Assembly (NCBI GenBank): GCA_050084515.1
Contig: CM114271.1
Span: forward strand, 34,348,001-34,412,000
Direction: 5' to 3'
Source of the DNA: Blasia pusilla
Lineage: Eukaryota
DNA length: 64,000 bases
The translations under genes and the position numbers were made by a program. Under the pieces are notes generated by a model. That model was not told the DNA's origin, ran no database searches, and saw only the letters and a program-made list of their open reading frames with translations. How positions within the stretch are numbered: the first letter of the stretch is position 1; each line of letters begins with the position of its first letter. Shown here piece by piece: positions 11,933 through 25,046 of the stretch.

Positions 11933-14900
11933 ATGCCAGAGCTGCGTAGCGGAGCGCGCCAACCCCGCTCCCCTCTCACTCCAGCCGTTTCTCCATCTCC
12001 TGCCATCGATCATCCACCTCCAGTAGCTCCCGTTGAAGCATTTGTAGATTTAGAACCGAACACGAGACGAGTTACACCGAGGAGGCGTGGAGCCGCGGGT
12101 GTCGGAGTTGCAGCAGGGGAAGCACTTCCTCAGGCGAGGACCAGGGTAAGAACTAGAGCGCTGGTAGCCAAAGAGGCTGCTGGGGGCGCAACGAGGGTTG
12201 CCAGCAAAGGAAAAGCGACTGGGCGGGTTGTTAAACCAAATCGTCCTGCCAAGCCTCCCCTTCAACCTAGAGCTGCCGTGGCCAGGCAAAGAGGAGGTCT
12301 AGGCCGGCTCAAACAAACGCTCTCCCCATCGCCTTCGCCTGAGAGGGAATCCTCCCAAGATCCGTTCAACCCTGACGAAGTTGAAGACGTGCAGGAAGAA
12401 GCTCCCCTCGTAGACCAGGACTCTCGAGACTTGGCAGAAGCGGAAACTGCCGAGAAGAAAGAAGACATGGAAGAAGAGAGTGCTGGAAGAAGCGCAGATA
12501 AGATTCCCGGAGCCGAAGAAGAGGGTAGCACTGCACCTCTTCCTGAGAGGGTACTTTATTTTGCCTCACCACCCGTTTTTCCCGGTTCCTGTCTACGGAG
12601 TTTACTACCGAAAGTCTGATTGAATCGCTCCATGTATTATTTATGTGCTATATTCTGTTTGCCCAGCTATTCGTCGGAGGCTGCATGCAGCGCTTTTGCC
12701 ATTCCTAACGGTTCAAGTCTGTCCATGTTGGAGCTAGTCCTTGTGTAGGACTTGCGGATGGTTTTGTCAGCTGCTTTTGCACAGAATAAATTAGCGCTAG
12801 TTTATATCCGTTGGTGGATGTTGTCTCGATGATGACTCGTGTGGATGTTTTTTGAGAAGTTTGTACATGCGACTTGCACCTCATGTGGCGCAGGTGCAAG
12901 TGGGTGGATCTCCGATTTACAAGATCGAGAGGAAGTTGGGCAAAGGTGGTTTTGGTCAAGTCTATGTTGGCAGACGGTTGAATGGAGGTTCGGAGCGTAC
13001 TGGTCCTCAAGCCATAGAGGTGGGAATTGTGTCCGAGCTCTATGGATGCGTCGTTTCCTTCCTGACGTGTTGATCCCAAGGATCAGAAGCCTTTGTTGAA
13101 ATCGTTAGACGCGGCGTCTTCCCCCCGAGGTTTGCTTATCGGGTATCCCTCTTCTAAGATTAGTTTCTGAAGTGCAGGTGGCCCTCAAGTTTGAGCACCG
13201 AAGCAGCAAAGGTTGTAATTATGGTCCTCCCTACGAGTGGCAGGTCTACAAGTGAGTGCAACCTCTTGGGCCCAATCCTCCATCGTTTTGGGAAGTGAGT
13301 TGATTTTATCCATGACTTCTGAATTCGAGTTGTGGTTAATCAATAGTTTACATCGCTTACCTCGTGTTTTTGTGGGTTGTCCTCCCAGCACGCTCGGTGG
13401 CAGTCATGGGGTGCCCCGTGTACATTATAAAGGTCGCCAGGGCGACTATTACGTCATGGTGCGTTGATCTATAAACATCCATGCTGGGGTTTACAACCTG
13501 ACCGAAGTCGTGCACTTTGACTGCAATATTCGTGGCATGTAGACTAACCTGGTTGAAAACTCTGCATTCGTTCGTTGTGGAATATGTGGCAGGTCATGGA
13601 CATGTTGGGACCCAGTCTTTGGGATGTGTGGAACTCTTCAGGCCAAGCGTAAGCCATCTCATGGACGATGTCAACCTCCTCTTTCATGCTTCATAACTTG
13701 GTCTTTAATCTTTAGAAGCACACTTTTCCAACGCCCTTTAGTGAAAGGAACATTACTGATTTCCCTGGCGTGTATCATTTCAGGATGTCCACCGAAATGG
13801 TGGCATGCATCGCAGTTGAGGCAATATCAATTCTTGAGAAAATGCACTCGAGAGGGTAAAGCTCCACCACTTCAGTACATTTATCCTCTGGCCTGCCTGG
13901 CCTCCATTGAAGATTTGTCCGTCTATGCCTTTACTGTATCAGATTGACTGTGGCTATTGTGAGACTGTGCAACTGTGTATTGACTCGGATGTTTCACCTG
14001 ACTACAGGTACGTCCATGGAGATGTAAAGCCAGAGAATTTTTTGTTGGGTCAATCTGGGACGGTTGATGAAAAAAAGCTGTTTCTTGTAGATCTTGGTTT
14101 AGGTGAGTGGAATGAGCCTTACCTCTTCCTACTATTTTGTGAAAGCGTGAGGCATGTTGCATTTTGACCAGGAATCCAAGTGGTTGTGGTTCTCCCATCA
14201 ATCTTTAGGTGTCATAGTTGTGATGGCTGGTTCACTGGGTTGAATTTCCCGAAGCTCTAAATGTTTATCCTGTCTGGTGCTCATCCTGGTCCATGTCATC
14301 TCACAGCGACAAGATGGAGGGATGGAACAACAGGCCAGCATGTAGATTATGACCAAAGACCAGATGTATTCAGGTATTCCAATGTTTTCTGTCTCACATG
14401 GCCTGACCATGATTGAATTCGGCAGTAGTTTCATCCTTATTATTTTCTGGTCTTTTCTGCCAGGCCAAGAGCAGTGGTGATTTGGAAGTTAAACTATTTT
14501 GTCCCAGATCTTGGTTGGATGACTCAGATCTGTATCTTGTCAGCAGTTTGCTGATGAATGTTTTTCCATATGCTCAGGGGTACTGTGCGGTATGCAAGTG
14601 TTCATGCTCATTTAGGCCGAACTGGTAGTAGGAGAGATGACTTGGAGTCCCTTGCATACACATTAGTTTTCCTCCTTCGAGGGCGTCTTCCATGGCAAGG
14701 CTACCAGGTAAGTTGAAGAATGGGCTTCCCCTTTTCAAAGTTCAGATTCATTTCTTATCTGGCCGTCTAGATATTTGGTGGTCAGCAAACAAACTCCTTG
14801 GTCTCTGTTGAATTGGTATTTTGTCACTTGGTACCTATCAGGATTCTATCTCATATGATGTGTTTGTATCATGTCATGATGAATTATTTGCGATGTCTTA

Positions 14901-17204
14901 ACTGCCTTGTTCTGTGAGCAGGGAGATAATAAGGGCTTCTTGGTGTGCAAGAAGAAAATGGCAACTTCTCCTGAGATGCTGTGCTGCTTTTGTCCTATTC
15001 CATTCAAGCAATTCCTGGAAATTGTTGTGAACATGAAGTTTGATGAAGAGCCGAACTATGCTAAGCTGGTGATGCTATTTGAAGGGATACTGGGTCCGAA
15101 TCCAGCTGTTAGACCTATCAACACGGATGGTGCTCAAAAGGTTTGTCCGAGAATTGCTGTTCCACATAGGTGATACTGGTCATCTCCAGTTGTTGTTTTA
15201 AACTTTTATAACATACCTATCAAGACCTTGTCTAGTTTCTTGTTTAGTTGTGGTCCCTTGAGAACTGATAGGTCCATGGAGGTTAGGTTATGTTTCTTCT
15301 CTCTTTATCTGGGGTGTGAAGTGATATTTTCAACTTTCTGATAGTCACCCAGGATTGGCCAAGTTCACACAGTTGATTGTTCCCACTTGATTCTTTCTCT
15401 CCCTCTCCCAGGGAATACTCTTTCCGCCATCTAAGAAGTAGGCTCAGCTGTGAAAATGAGGGGATTGATCGTCGTGGTGTTGGAGATCATAGTCTATATT
15501 TCTATTTAAGTGAAGTCTTTGCTGAGGAGTGATGGTGGAGTTTATCTGATCATGATGGAGCTGCAGAATTTGATCTGAGGTGTAGTATCCCTGATTACAA
15601 TTTAATGTTTGCTCTGCACAGGTGGGTCAAAAGAGGGGTAGGCTGACAGTAGAAGAAGAAGAGGATGACCAGCCAAAGAAAAAGATACGCCTAGGCATGC
15701 CTGCAACACAATGGATAACCGTGTATAATGCACGGAGGCCAATGAAGCAAAGGTCTCGATCCACATCATGTCTAGTCTATGTCTTGAATTTCATTTTATT
15801 TTGACTGGCCATAGAAAGTAATTCTATGATTTGGTTACAGAGATTACTTGGAATACAAGATTTTATCAGAGTTTATCCCTTTTATTTTATGTCTTAATGT
15901 CTATGTTATTGTCTCTTGGTATTGTTAAGTCTTAATTATTCTAGTCACTGAATTGATAATGTCGTGGTCCCACAAACTTATACTGTGTCGGCTGTACCAG
16001 GTATCATTACAATGTAGCAGACTCACGGTTAACACAACATGTTGAGAAAGGCAATGAAGATGGGCTGTACATAAGCAGTGTAGCATCTTGTACAAATCTA
16101 TGGGCTCTGATTATGGATGCCGGAACTGGTTTCACTGCTCAAGTTTATGAACTTTCACATGTTTTCTTACACAAGGTGAGGGATAAACCAAGGAATGTCT
16201 CCTAAAGGTCTTATATTTGAAACATGGAATGTGCCCCTGATATGTAGTCGGGAGGTCTTTGAGTTCATTGTTTGTATTATTCTCTTACACTTTCTATAAT
16301 CTTATGTTGAAATATTTGAGTTGGGGACAGGAAGACTTCCACCTAGTGTGCTAACTATCTGTGGTGATATTGAGCAGGAGTGGATCATGGAACAGTGGGA
16401 AAAGAATTATTATATCAGTGCAATCGCAGGTGCCAACAATGGAAGTTCTCTTGTTGTCATGTCAAAAGGTAGGTAAAACCCACTTGCAACTGCCCTCTTG
16501 AGACTGCTAGCAGCCCCCCCATTCAATATGATTGTTTGTTCTGTAATTTTATGTGTGAGTTTTACCTGATTTCACTGAATGAAACTGCAGGAACATCTTA
16601 TACCCAACAATCTTACAAAGTGAGTGATTCGTTTCCCTTCAAGTGGATCAACAAGAAATGGAGGGAGGGGTTCTATGTCACCTCCATGGCCACTGCTGGA
16701 AGTCGGTGGGGAGTTGTGATGTCTCGGAATGCTGGTTTCACTGACCAGGTATGTTAACATGGGTTATGTGTTCTATTGTGCTCCGGATTTTGTGAGGGAG
16801 GCAATTCTGATAGAACTGATGCATAACTGATAAGTGCAGGTTGTGGAGCTTGATTTCCTTTACCCTAGTGAAGGTATACACCGACGATGGGACAATGGCT
16901 ATCGTATCACAGCAACAGCAGCAACATGGGATCAGGCCGCCTTCGTCTTAAGTGTCCCAAGACGGAAGCCAGCAGATGAGACTCAGGAGACGTTACGAAC
17001 ATCAGCTTTTCCAAGTTCACATGTTAAGGTGTGTCCCTACCCTAGCCGGAAATGTGTTTTACTAGTTTACCTGGATGAATCGTGGTTAATGCAAGTAGGT
17101 GTCTCTTTGACTATGAGACTAAGTGTGGTTCTTCTTTTGTGCAGGAGAAATGGTCAAAGAATCTGTATATCGCAGCTGTCAGTTATGGCCGAACTGTGTC
17201 ATAG
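11933..17204 (+). CDS. MLK: MUT9-like kinase / plant-specific casein kinase 1-like protein (MLK/PPK/AEL family), 16 exons, 776 aa
   Basis: All introns GT-AG, frame preserved. Exons: 11933-12550, 12894-13019, 13178-13251, 13389-13458, 13593-13648, 13784-13855, 14008-14102, 14307-14373, 14578-14707, 14922-15140, 15622-15752, 16001-16175, 16378-16468, 16591-16748, 16840-17028, 17145-17204 (2331 nt). Family motifs: N-terminal [54 protein letters not shown], and a C-terminal domain ending YGRTVS*. Confidence 0.96.
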
Positions 17205-19648
17205 TCTTCTACCAATGCAGTGGTGCTTCTTCCCTCCAGATGTGGGTTTGGGAGTCAGTTGGTGGGATGATGTGAAATTGGCCATGGACATCTTCCGGAC
17301 TTCAAAAGTCTTTTCTTAAACCTGTTTTTACTTGGTAGTGCATGGCACGAGTGTTGGTCACGCTGTACCTGAGCATTGCGAATGCCGACACATGCTGTTG
17401 GGAGGATATCACTGCAGAAAGGTAAGGGTACACATATATGATTGATGTGGAATTTCACATTCCTAAGTGTAGATGAAATTGTGCAATACCTGGCCCTAGT
17501 CCTCTACCAGTAGGACTCAGTAGAAAGTGGAGAAGGGACAGGCCTCTCATTGCTTAGTTTCATCCAGAGGGTAAGGCCCGATGGTGTGAAATGAGTCACG
17601 ATTATAATGTATCCCTTGACAAGTAGGTAAATGATTGTCACTACTTGAAGCCAACTTTAGGTTCTCAATTATCTCGGAAGGTGGAATGTCTTGTTTTGCT
17701 ACTAATTCTAGCATGGGCATCCTTGGTGTACTTTTGTAGCTGCATCTGGCAAAGCTTTTTGTGAAGACCTGAGCGTAGAATAGAGTTACATGTCCGCTCA
17801 ATCCATCACCAGACATCCATCTGGTTGGTTGTGATTTAATCTGTAAGATATGAGTCACCAGAATCTTATTTTGCTTATAGTACTGAGGAGTCAGGTTTGC
17901 ATCTAATGAGGGACCCAGGACATCTAAGGGTAAAAAGTCTCAATGGCGGTGCAAACTCTTTTGCTCGTCATTTGTGGTCTAACTTTGGACTAATCTTATA
18001 ATTTTCACCTGCCTCCAACCTGATTGAATGTGGTGACTTTGAAATCAAAGGCTTGTACTATTCAGATGCTCTGGGAATGAAGGTAACAGTGTTTTCCTGT
18101 ACAGTGAATAAAGTAGTAGATTGTTCTGCCTCTTAGTGAGTTGAGGCACTTTGTTTGCTCAGGCGGTCCTTCAAAAGTGCATCTTCTGCCCTTTTGCCAA
18201 GGCACACCTTCAAAGGTTTCCTTTTTGTTCATTCTGTTAATTTAGTACCGAAACTTGTAGCCCTTCAGGAGGGAGTTGGTATCTGCAGGAAGCACTTGAA
18301 TTTCCTACTGTGTTTCGAGAGGGAGTTGCAAGCCCGTTTTGAAACTAATAGTTTTCCACGGTTTGATATCTCTAGAATGCCGATGGTAAGAGGCGAACAG
18401 TGCATTTAATTTAGGGTTCCAGAAAGTGAAAGAAATCACCAATTGATTGTTGCGTGGACGGTCATTGCCCATTCTATGTCATGAACATGCTCCAATCACC
18501 AGATCTAAGTGCTTTTAATGAGCAGCTGTAGTCATTCACCACCAACGTTCCGCTGAAGATGGTAAAGCATGTGTCTAATTTTTCTCACAATGAGGTCGAA
18601 AGGAGGCATAGGAATGACTGTACAGAACTTCATCACAAAGATTGATATGGTATTCCAACGACCTTAAATCTCAACTTTGAAGAGAAACTCATGGCTTTGT
18701 TAGCCTGTCTAGATGTGAATAATAGCGTAAATCTGAAACAAGTGGAGAAAATATTACAACTTAAGTCTGAAAAACTAATCAGAAGCGAACTAAACCCAAA
18801 TCATGATATTTCCAGACGATGATCTTTATCGTATGGGAAGTAAGACAATTAAACTCGAGGAGCAATCCTTTCGTGAATACGATTAGCATGTAAAGTAGAA
18901 CCTGCGTCACCCTTAATTTCTCCTAGAATCTTTAGCTGCGATTGCCTGTCACAGGAATCTCAAACCAGTGAGTATCCTAGTGGAAGGAGCGAGATCTCGA
19001 ATTAGTGAGTATCCCAGTAAAAGGAGTGATCGGCGAGAACAGACGGAGTGAAAATACCGCACTCAATCTCACGGGAAAAAAGTAATGCTGTCGTTAATCT
19101 ACAGTTGTGAGAACTAATGTGGTACTATCGCTCTCATGTTTGTTGCCTGCGACCCATACTATCGTAGAAACACAGCACACTTCCTCCGCACTACATAGAT
19201 GAGAGTGGTTCCCGTGCGAGTGAATTGGCGCACTCCCACGACTACGTAAGAGTGAAGTCGGTCTCGCGAATGTCACTGACATTCGCTCATGCGTGTTCGA
19301 AAATTCCTCACCCCTTTTCGACCTGTCGCTGCAGGTCGAGAAATAGCTGCTTTGCAATTCCTAATTGACCGTGAAGCACTTCAAGCTCATTAGACCGATC
19401 GGAGAGGAACACTGGAACCCACAGTGAGTTCCTCTCCAGCTCGGTTACATCAAGTCCCCAGGCGCTGGCGCAATCCCGGCTGCCATCACTGCCCATGAGT
19501 GAACTAGTGTCAACAAGTCGTGGACTGAAGAAGAAGACGGACCGCATATGGGGGTAGAAGTCGAAGGAACAAATTGGCACTTGCGAGTTTTTGAATCCTC
19601 CGTGGAAGGAAGGGTGACCAAAGAAATTCTAGTGGGCAAAGATTTTCC

Positions 19649-19691
19649 CATTTTTTAGTTGCAACCCTAAAGGGGTTGCAACTAAAAAATG
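19649..19691. repeat. Perfect 19-bp inverted repeat with 5-nt loop
   Basis: CATTTTTTAGTTGCAACCC-TAAAG-GGGTTGCAACTAAAAAATG. Confidence 0.95.
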
Positions 19692-21649
19692 TCTACTTTC
19701 ACGTTTGGTTTGCATCTCGATTTAAAAATTGGCGAACTGCTCAAAGCTCATGATTGAACGATATAAGATTTAATGTTGTCCCTTAGCAGCTGGATTTACT
19801 AAAAGCGGTTAGATTTCTCTACATCTCAAGACTTGCAATTGCGTTTAGGAACATTATTTGCCATGTTGTGCAGCATACATGCGAGAGATGTAGACTGATA
19901 TGCGATGTGTGGGTGAATTAGACTCCAAATATCTCTTAACTGTGTGGAGGCTATTCAAAATTTTTAGTGTTAAATACTGAAGGTCATCTCTTCTGACTTC
20001 ATGGAGATGATTTTTTTAATTGTTTCGCATATGATTGTCACCATGGAGTGATGATCGATACATGAGAGCTTCTATAGAGGAATCAAAATGTGCATCTTGA
20101 AACGAAAATCTTATTCTTTCTTTTATTTTTTCATTCAAATATTCATGTGTGAAAGTAGGGTTGATTTTACCAAGACTCATGATTTACGCTTTAATATTTG
20201 TGAAACCCTATGATTAAAATTTCCAAACTATTGGATTCTGACCAAATAATACGTTCAAGATTTCTATCCCACACTTTAACGAGCGTAGCATAGGGAAGAT
20301 GAGGCAAGGATTTATCACGGCACTTTGAACAGTCATGTGGATAATCAGCGTGCCATTTATGAACCTACCAAGGAGTTTGCGATGAATACAAAGATGTGAG
20401 GGGAGATTAGACTAGGTTTTCTACACTCAAACAATAATTCCTTTTTTGTGAGTACGGAGTAGGAGGATTTTGAGGTTGATATTGAACTTAGCATGAGACT
20501 ACTTTACAAAACATGAAGGGTGGAAAAATCAATTTTGAGGTATCAAATGGCAAGAGTCGAGATTGGTGCTAGCTATGAGACACAAAAAAGAGGGAGAAAG
20601 GGGCATGGGAGGATTTAGGGAAGTCTAGATGAGAAAATGTACCATGAGAAACCACCAAGTCATCTAGGATGTTAAGTAGCCAAACAAAGGGTTGGAAGTC
20701 ATGATCCATATTTGGATTGATACCCAAAACTAAGGGCGCAGGGAAAGGAGGGATTCCTTATAGAAACCTAGAAGTATCTATATGGAGTAGTGTTTGGATG
20801 GATGGTAGAGATGGGAATTTGACATGGAGGAGGAGGACTATGGTGGAGGAGATGGAGGTAAGGTTAGAATTTTGCTTGTAACTATTTTCATGGTGATCTA
20901 ATCTTTTCAATCGAAGGCCCAATGTTTTCGTCTTCTCAAGCTTGAACTTTCAGGTCTTCTTTTTTCCACTTAAGATTGAGTTTTCCAAAGTTCTTGGGAT
21001 CTTTGGACCTTCTTCTCTCATAAATGTGCTCATAGATTCTTATACGTAATTTCACACATAGTGCTCTCCTTATAGAGTGATATCGGGTTACCATCGATTT
21101 AAGGGATTCCTCTTTGCTTTTCTGGATCTTTTAATATGGGCTGGTCCCAACATTACGAACTCATTCCCTCATAACAGTCATTGGTGGGTTGCTCACTTAC
21201 TCCTCACATCCTCTTTTTTGGTATTTCCAATTTCTTTCATAACTTTCTTCTGGAGCATCTGTTTTGGACGTGTTTGGGCTTGTTTCGATCGTCTTGACTC
21301 GTTCTTTTCATATCAAGTATATTTTCTACTTGTTCTTCCTTCTCCATAGACGCCTACTTTAGTGTACGGGTTTGTTTTAGGTCAATTCCTCCCAAAAGTC
21401 TTCCTTGCTCTTTAAACTCTTTACCTTATTGTTTCGCCCCTATATACGTTTGCCATCTCTTTAAGGACATTAGAAATTCATATTCTTGAGCCACCTCTTC
21501 CGATACCATATAGATCACTTTTCCTTTTCAATTTCTTTTTAATATTTTTCTTATAGTAACTTTCAATCATAAATTTGGTATTGCCTAATCTTCTTCTCTC
21601 CATCTAAATTTCTTTTGGACGGATTCCACTACTTTTGTTTTTCTCGTTA

Positions 21650-24600
21650 TCCTCATGGTTTCTCCAAACCACGTTTCATATGTCTTCCTTTGTCTTTGAT
21701 GACTTGCCTACCTTTGCTTCTATGTCATAAGAGATGGAGTTGGATTCTCCATCTATTCGCTTATCTGGTTTTACACGCCCTCCTACAACCGTAACATCTC
21801 CCCGTGGTTCACCTCCTCATTATAGATCTTGCCATTTTCCTCCACCTGCTAATACATCCATTACACTTGCTGCATTTCTTCCGGATTCTCCTCTTCTCCC
21901 CTCTTCGTCTTAACCTATTGAGCCTAATCCTGATCCATTATTACCAAATCCTTCTACTTTGCCATCCCCACATATCTCATATATGCCCTTGCTTCCAACT
22001 CCCAGCAATTCTACCCGAATCTCCCCTCTTCCTCCTCCTCCTTCCCCAACCTACTTACCCCTCATCGTCGTCCATCATCATCTCTTGCACCTCCCACCTC
22101 CTCTCCTTGTAACCCTTCTACTTCTCCATTTGTATCAAAGGTTCGTTGCATACCTTGTGGTAAGGAGTTTGCTCCTAATGGTATCAAAAGACATCAGCGG
22201 TACTGTCAATTCATGCATGGGCCTTCAATCCCTAACCCGATACCACCTCCTAATGCACTCCCCACAACAACTGCTCGGACCTGGTTAAGCCAAATCGATC
22301 TCCTTCGCTCTTTCTATCCAGGTCTTCATCATCCTAGACTCTACACTCGCATTCCTATTGCCCTTCGTCCCATCACCCAACAAGCTTTGCTTTTCCCATT
22401 AGAAAGGTTAGTGCGTGATCCTACATATATTAATGCTTGGTATCTCCTATTACTCTTCCCACAATGGATTTTAGTCCTCCCTCCAAGGGGTGGTGTGACG
22501 GGTCATCATGAAACCTCCACACGTATTCAACGCTTTATGTCTGGGGATTGGAAGAATCTTCAGAATGAGCATGTACTTCGAGGAAAGGCCTTAGCTGCGG
22601 CTCATCCCACTCAACATGCCAATCATGGGAGACCTTCAATACAACAACTCCTTCGACGAAGTCTACTTTTGGGGCAGGTTGGTGAGTTTTCACGTGTAGC
22701 TTGAACATTGGGTCTTTTTTCTCCGGCGATTCTAAGTGCGGAAACAGTGCCTCTCTTAGAAGCTCTTCACCCTGCTTCAAGTGGCGATGCTCTAGCTTTT
22801 GTGGAAGACTATACAACGGACCTTGGCTTGGAGCTTGACTTGGAGGTTTTCACAAGGGCTTTTTTGCATACTCCTTGCTTATCAGCAAGCCGACTATCAG
22901 GGATGGTTTTTGAGCATCTCCACGATTGCTTTATCCCGACAGATTCAGCAAGTGGCTTTGTCTCTCTATATAAGGTGTGTGTACATATGGTGGCAAGTCA
23001 TCTTCCATTGCCTATCTCTAGGCTCTTAGGGGCTTGTCGTTTGTTGGCTATTTATAAGCCTCCTTCAAGTGTGCGCCCTTTGGCTATTGGAGAGGTTTTA
23101 TACCGCTTGGTTAGTCGATCCCTATGCTTGCAATTTCGTCCTCACTTTAGTGCTTAATTATTTCCTCATCAATTTGGAGTGGAAACTCCTGGAGGTTGTG
23201 AAGCTTTAGTGCATGGGATTCGCTCCACTCTTGATATTCATCTAGATTGGGTAGCAATTCAAGTCGATGTGGCTAACGCATTCAATTCAGTTTCTCGTGC
23301 GGCCATCTTTGAGGAGTTACGTTGTGTAGGAGGACAACTTACGAGCCTCATTCCATTTGCTTGCTCCTTCTATGCCTATGATATGCCCATTATCTATTCC
23401 CATCATGCTACCTCCGGGGAATATAGTATTCTACAATCGGCTTGTGACACATGTCAAGGTGATCCCATGGATGGCCCACTCTTTGCCATTGCCCACTTTC
23501 GTGCCCTTTGAGCATCAGCGCAAGCATTTCCATCTTGTATTTTCCCTTCTATTGCTGATGACACTCACATTATAGGTCCTCCTTCTGAAGTGGTTCCTGC
23601 TTATATCCATTTCATGGAGCAACTCTCTTTCTTAAACCTTAAAGTCCAACCTAGTAAATGTGGAGTATGGTCTCCTTCATGCCTTTCCTCAATATTCACC
23701 CCACCTACTCTTGATTTTCCCATCTACATTGAAGGGGTTAGGGTTCTTGGGGTCCCAATTGGCTTCATCGACTATGACTCAAAGTTCTTGGATGAGGCCC
23801 TTTTGAAAGACGTGGAATGGCTTCATTTGTTACCTCATCTAGGGGATCCCCAAGTGGCTTATGGGATTCTCTTCCAATTTTTTCTACGACAACCTTCCTA
23901 CCTTCTTTGCACTCGTCCTTCTACTTCAAGGTTCTTACATCGGTAGGCCTCTTTTGACGCTTCTATCTTGGCAACTTTTGGTCAACTTCTTGTCCTGAAT
24001 ACGTTTGAGGGAGAGGATGGTGTCTTTGCTTCACGACAAGCTATCTTGCCTATTTCTTTTGGAGGGGTGGGACTATCCTCCACAGTCGCATATGCTCCCA
24101 CAACCTTTTTGGGGAGTTGGGCGTTGGTAGCACCGATTATGGCTTCAAGGCTTCTCCAAGGAGATACACCTATACTTGATGGATCATATCGCCCATGTAG
24201 AGGAGGGGGACTTGTTATTTCAACAACAACTGAGATCTGTACGAGCTCTTCTTCCTCTTTCTACACAAGCAATTCTACCCCCTTGCAGTGAATTGATTAC
24301 GGAAGGGCTTGATCGACTTCAAGAGCATATCTCTGAGAATCTGCATCAAATCAACTTTTCCAGCATTCTCTCCGAGGCATTCTCTGACGCTCATCTAGCT
24401 CATCTGCATTCATGTGTGGGTACCAGAGCGGGGGCGTGGCTTACTGCAAATCCTCTTATTCTTCCATTTTTTCTTCCTCGAAGTATATTCTCGACAGCTT
24501 TGCGGTTACGTCTTGGACTTCCCCATCCTTCTCTATTAGGTGTGCCAAATTGTGTATGCGGGGATCCCATCGATGTCAAGGGTCATTTACATGTGTCTTT

Positions 24601-24980
24601 TGTTACTTTCCTGAAAACCTGTGCTCACCACTCCCTCGAGAATCATCACCTTGCCCCTTCTCGTAGTCCTTCTCTCTCTATAGTTACTACTTATTTTCGG
24701 CAATGCATCTCAATGGCCTTACAATGTGCACAAGCCTTGGCATTGATACGTCGTGCGGAGGTGGTGGGGGGTTTCTTGCCTCGTCGTCCATTCACGTCTG
24801 ACCAACCACTCGTGTTCTTGTCAGATTTGTTTCAGGCTATCAATCGTGTAGCTTGTTGAGTCGGTGTTTGCGTTGGCTTGTTGCCATTTTCTTTTTGCAT
24901 TCTTTTATGCATTTTTTGACTCCTCTTTTGAGATGTTATTACCTTTCTTTTTCCTCTTTTGAGGTTTATTCTATAATAAA
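21650..24980 (+). mobile_element. CRE-clade-like (RLE-type) non-LTR retrotransposon, pseudogenised single ORF
   Basis: Pro/Ser-rich N-terminus, zinc finger CIPCGKEFAPNGIKRHQRYC (22147), RT motifs VRPLAIGEVLYRL, QFGV...GGCEAL, DVANAFNSVSR, QGDPMDGPLF, IADD, RVLGVPIG, GGVGL; then AGAWL...ALRLRLG...CVCG and terminal RQCISMALQ. In-frame stops at 22702, 23155, 23509, 23944 and a frameshift near 24170. Termini approximate. Confidence 0.8.
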
Positions 24981-25004
24981 GTGGATATACTAATCATCTA
25001 CAAG

Positions 25005-25006
<2 letters not shown>

Positions 25007-25043
<37 letters not shown>
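25007..25043. repeat. (CT)n microsatellite
   Basis: Directly visible. Confidence 0.98.
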
Positions 25044-25046
<3 letters not shown>

